A DNA stretch of 16,984 nucleotides, from IMG/VR virus record IMGVR_UViG_2667527582_000001. One strand, 5' to 3'. The translations under genes were made by a program, and so were the position numbers. Below are positions 13,958 through 16,984 of the stretch, in pieces. This DNA comes from a virus. Its lineage: Duplodnaviria > Heunggongvirae > Uroviricota > Caudoviricetes. The notes beneath the pieces are model-generated. The model made no database searches, was not told the DNA's origin, and saw only the letters and a list, made by a program, of their open reading frames with translations. How positions within the stretch are numbered: the first letter of the stretch is position 1; every line of letters starts with the position of its first letter.

Positions 13958-14845
13958 ATGAATACTCTTACCAAAGAATGGTTACAGAACACGATTACCG
14001 GAATTGAGTCGATAATAGACGATAAATCGTTTGTATGTAGTGAAATAGCATTCGAAATAGGTGTGGTTAACAACATACTTACCGCATTTAAAATTGCACT
14101 GGCATCGCTGGAAGCAGATCCAGTTGCTTATATTTTCAAACATCCGGCCGGGAAATTATTCTGGGCTTTAACTGATGAAAGCAATAAAGAGCAAGCTGAC
14201 GTTATTCCTGTTTATGCTGCCGCGCCTGCGTCGGTTGTGCCGGATAATGCATCAGAGCCTCTTGCTTATGCTTACAAAGAGCTTACGCCTGAGATTATGC
14301 GCAACCATTTAGCTGTATTCGAGCGATATGGAATAGCCCCAAACGATAGCTCTACCACAATTCAGGCACTGCGAATCGCGCTGGATGGCATAGAGCGGAG
14401 CGGCGCCATGCTTCATGGTGCCGAACCTGTAAGCCAAACTTACAAGTTGCCTCCCCTGTCATCCAACGAAGTAAACGACGCGGCATGGAAATTACGCAAC
14501 ATGCTTACTGAACACGGTCCTCTTAATGGGCGTCAGTTCAACAATCTGAAAGGTTGCTTCTATGAGGCATTAAAGGTCGCAATGCGCAACTATCCGGTAA
14601 CTCCGGATAGTTGGATAAGCTGTAGTGATCGAATGCCAGAAATGGGAGAGCGACAATGCTATGCGTTAGCGGCTGACTTTAAAAACAACTACCCGCCACA
14701 CATCCCCAACACTCAGGTCGGCGTATATGGCGACTGGTTTAATGATGGCGATCCCACTTGGGTTGACGGTGATGGCGAAGACCTGTATCTCAAAGAGGTA
14801 ACCCACTGGATTCCGCTACCAGAACCGCCGCAGGAGGTGAAGTGA
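13958..14845 (+). CDS. Hypothetical phage protein with a C-terminal DUF551-like segment, 295 aa
   Basis: C-terminal WISCSDRMPEMGERQCYALA...THWIPLPEPPQ resembles the DUF551 pattern as I recall it. Tight spacing to neighbours. Confidence 0.55.
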   Translation: MNTLTKEWLQNTITGIESIIDDKSFVCSEIAFEIGVVNNILTAFKIALASLEADPVAYIFKHPAGKLFWALTDESNKEQADVIPVYAAAPASVVPDNASEPLAYAYKELTPEIMRNHLAVFERYGIAPNDSSTTIQALRIALDGIERSGAMLHGAEPVSQTYKLPPLSSNEVNDAAWKLRNMLTEHGPLNGRQFNNLKGCFYEALKVAMRNYPVTPDSWISCSDRMPEMGERQCYALAADFKNNYPPHIPNTQVGVYGDWFNDGDPTWVDGDGEDLYLKEVTHWIPLPEPPQEVK

Positions 14846-15417
14846 TGAACAACTTAATGATCGACCTTGAGACGATGGGGAAAAATAAGGATGCACCGAT
14901 CGTTTCCATTGGCGCGGTGTTCTTCACTCCAGAAACCGGAGACATCGGACAAGAATTCTATACGGTTGTTAGCCTGGAAAGTGCTATGGGGCAAGGAGCT
15001 ACACCTGACGGCGATACCATCCTGTGGTGGTTGAAACAAAGCCCTGAAGCACGAGCTGCAATCTGTATTGATGATACTTTGTCGATCAGCGATGCTCTCT
15101 CAGAACTAAATCATTTCATTAACCGGCACGCAGACAATACGAAATATTTAAAAGTCTGGGGTAACGGAGCCACCTTCGACAACGTAATTTTACGTGGAGC
15201 TTATGAGCGAGCAGGACAAATCTGTCCGTGGGCATACTGGAATGACCACGATGTACGCACGATCGTTACGCTTGGGCGTTCCATCGGATTCGACCCCAAA
15301 ATGGACATGCCTTTCGATGGCGAACGGCACAACGCCATGGCTGATGCCCGTCATCAGGCAAAATATGTTTCCGCTATCTGGCAGAAATTAATTCCTGCCA
15401 CCAGCACAGAATTATGA
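14845..15417 (+). CDS. DEDD-family 3'-5' exonuclease (DnaQ-like fold), 190 aa
   Basis: MIDLETMG (Exo I, D-x-E), FDNVIL (Exo II-like) and HNAMADARHQA (Exo III, DEDDh-type His). ATG at 14845 overlaps the upstream TGA, with GGAGG 7 nt upstream. Confidence 0.7.
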   Translation: MNNLMIDLETMGKNKDAPIVSIGAVFFTPETGDIGQEFYTVVSLESAMGQGATPDGDTILWWLKQSPEARAAICIDDTLSISDALSELNHFINRHADNTKYLKVWGNGATFDNVILRGAYERAGQICPWAYWNDHDVRTIVTLGRSIGFDPKMDMPFDGERHNAMADARHQAKYVSAIWQKLIPATSTEL

Positions 15418-15453
15418 TTTTCCCGGGTGCAGCCGGTTTTGATGGAGAAAATT

Positions 15454-15735
15454 ATGAACACCTTGTTTTTACTGATGGCTGAATTCAATACCCCTAACAT
15501 TGAACTCTCAGCAGTTAGCCAAAAGTACTTTGGCATGAGTCCAGCCACGGCAGAAGCAAAAGCAAACGCTTGTAAGTTGCCCGTTCCAACATATCGCATC
15601 GGCACATCACAAAAAGCAAAACGTTGCATCAATATTCAGGATCTTGCGGAATACATAGACAAAAGACGAGAAGAAGGACGTATCGAGTGGGAACAGGTCA
15701 GAACAAGCAAACAGAAGGGCAAAGAACATCACTAA
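15454..15735 (+). CDS. Excisionase-like / PrtN-like small DNA-binding protein, ~93 aa
   Basis: Last gene of the early-left operon, where lambda has xis. ATG at 15454 preceded by GGAG at 6 nt; alternative starts at 15427 (GTG) and 15442. Family resemblance is from recollection. Confidence 0.5.
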   Translation: MNTLFLLMAEFNTPNIELSAVSQKYFGMSPATAEAKANACKLPVPTYRIGTSQKAKRCINIQDLAEYIDKRREEGRIEWEQVRTSKQKGKEHH

Positions 15736-15740
15736 ATAAA

Positions 15741-15771
15741 AAACCCGCCTAAAGGCGGGTTTTCAAAAAGC
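15741..15771. terminator. Bidirectional intrinsic terminator between the convergent early-left operon and the right-edge cassette
   Basis: aaacccgcc-taaa-ggcgggttt hairpin; TTTTTATTT follows on the minus strand (strong), TTTTC on the plus strand (moderate). Confidence 0.7.
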
Positions 15772-15782
15772 ACCAGCTATGA

Positions 15783-15956
15783 TCATGCTGCTTTGCGACG
15801 ACGAAGCTTACCCTGCTGCTCTTTACCAGAGACAGTAGCGTGAGTGAACGCATTAGGAGCAGCCTTCATCAGAACTTCAACAGCAGCACCCATACCTGCG
15901 AATGCTTTCATTGTGTCGAACTTAACCTGTGGCTTGGTTGCTTTTTGATCTTCCAT
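15783..15956 (-). CDS. Hypothetical small protein, 57 aa (below the ORF-track cutoff)
   Basis: ATG at 15956 preceded by AGGAG at 7 nt. Translation MEDQKATKPQVKFDTMKAFAGMGAAVEVLMKAAPNAFTHATVSGKEQQGKLRRRKAA is protein-like and ends just before the bidirectional terminator. Confidence 0.45.
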   Translation of the reverse strand: MEDQKATKPQVKFDTMKAFAGMGAAVEVLMKAAPNAFTHATVSGKEQQGKLRRRKAA

Positions 15957-15995
15957 AGAAAACTCCTGAAGTTATACCGAAACAATTCCTGTTGT

Positions 15996-16415
15996 TTACT
16001 CATCATCAATAGATGATACGCAATATTTATTTTTAAATTTAAGGTTCTTTGGCGTAACTTCATCAGAGATATCAAAACCGTCCAGAATTCTATTGAATGT
16101 AGCTTCTGGCATATCATCATGAACAGAAATCTCACCCGATCGCTGCTTTCTAACCATGTTATCCACTCGCCAAATTATAGCTTCAGCGTAAACAACATAA
16201 CTTGGATGCTTGATAAAGCGATGATCACCAGAATTCAAGACGCAAGACGGATCGTGGGGGACACCATCCTTGATACTAGAAATATTAACAACTAAAACAC
16301 AATAACAATCGTTAACGGGGTAATAAACAGGATCATTACAAATCACATGAAGATGATTGCATGGCCCAGTTGGGGCAAGCACAGTTCCTTTCCTGTATGG
16401 CTGATAATCCGTCAT
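15996..16415 (-). CDS. Uncharacterised 139-aa protein, translationally coupled downstream of the Panacea-domain gene (candidate toxin/effector)
   Basis: ATG at 16415 overlaps the upstream stop (ATGA). AT-rich; no family recognised. Confidence 0.55.
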   Translation of the reverse strand: MTDYQPYRKGTVLAPTGPCNHLHVICNDPVYYPVNDCYCVLVVNISSIKDGVPHDPSCVLNSGDHRFIKHPSYVVYAEAIIWRVDNMVRKQRSGEISVHDDMPEATFNRILDGFDISDEVTPKNLKFKNKYCVSSIDDE

Positions 16416-16984
16416 GATAATTGCAAAGAAAATTCCTTAAGTTTCTGAGATTCTTCCATTTTGCCAATTATGCGATTAGCCTCATCCTCGCTTTTACCCT
16501 CACTGATCAGCATTTCTTTCAGGTCTATAGGCTTACGAGAATTGCCAGGATCGTGCCACTCTGGACAAACGCTTTCTAGATGCGTCATATTTGCGAGATC
16601 AAATCGGTTCATATGCCCATACCGAGAATAGATTTCATCTAAAATCCGGATATCTGCACGACTCAATTCATCAAAGACCTCGTCTGCATCCATTTCCCTC
16701 GGATCTGAACGCAACGATACATTATGCCCGTTCGTCTCTATCAAGTTGTACCAGTAGTCACCAATGCCTTCAGCCTTACCGCGAATCAAGTTCAGCGTAT
16801 TCGACATGACTGGTCCAAATTTCATAGAGTAAAGGCTATCTTCGCCGATCATCCTGCCATGCTTCAAAATCGACTGGCGGTTAGACAGATAGAGCAACTT
16901 CATCAATTTCAGATATGCCATGCGCCCACCTCGCTTAAGAAGTAGGTATGCAGCCATTTGAGCTACTTTTTCTTCGCAAAACAT
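16412..16984 (-). CDS. Panacea-domain (DUF4065, GepA/SocA-like) antitoxin-like protein, 190 aa; its ATG is the last codon of the window
   Basis: N-terminal MFCEEKVAQMAAYLLLKRGGRMAYLKLMKLLYLSNRQ...MKFGPVMSNTLNLI fits my recollection of the Panacea core (LKLxKLLY ... W/FxGPV). AT-rich. Upstream control region is outside the window. Confidence 0.6.
   Translation of the reverse strand: MFCEEKVAQMAAYLLLKRGGRMAYLKLMKLLYLSNRQSILKHGRMIGEDSLYSMKFGPVMSNTLNLIRGKAEGIGDYWYNLIETNGHNVSLRSDPREMDADEVFDELSRADIRILDEIYSRYGHMNRFDLANMTHLESVCPEWHDPGNSRKPIDLKEMLISEGKSEDEANRIIGKMEESQKLKEFSLQLS

Noticed and set aside
1-16984. Scan by eye for tRNA genes and CRISPR arrays
   Set aside because: No T-loop-like GTTCRANYC motif in a cloverleaf context and no regularly spaced direct repeats with unique spacers; the only regular repeats are the origin iterons.

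Overview
This window reads as the immunity, replication and nin-like core of a lambdoid enterobacterial prophage, with gene content and lengths recalling the E. coli KplE1/CPS-53 yfdK-yfdT block (from memory, not searched). A divergent CI-like repressor (plus, 9907..10581) and Cro-like gene (minus, 9616..9816) share three 19-bp operator-like sites. The minus-strand operon runs cro, CII-like, Rha-like, O-like initiator with an internal 23-bp-period iteron array, a PerC-like protein, phage Dam methylase, an orphan LexA DNA-binding-domain protein, RusA, KilA-N, DUF968/HNH-like and a QuuD-like Q antiterminator; many junctions overlap as ATGA/TAATG. Downstream of Q lie an AT-rich 205-aa moron with an RBS-sequestering hairpin and its own terminator, a small ORF and a DPPY-class DNA methyltransferase. 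The plus-strand operon starts at a strong PL-like promoter, passes a ~600-nt structured leader with no N-like ORF and an internal intrinsic terminator, then encodes YfdP/Q/R-like proteins, a DUF551 protein, a DEDD exonuclease and an excisionase-like protein. The right edge carries an AT-rich convergent cassette: a Panacea-domain antitoxin-like gene coupled to an uncharacterised 139-aa partner and a 57-aa ORF; this is the best candidate for an undescribed toxin-antitoxin or defence module. The left edge is an ISAs1/H-repeat transposase fragment broken by a 10-N gap. No integrase, lysis or structural genes, tRNA or CRISPR array were found. All calls rest on reading the sequence and recalled family motifs; nothing was searched or computed.
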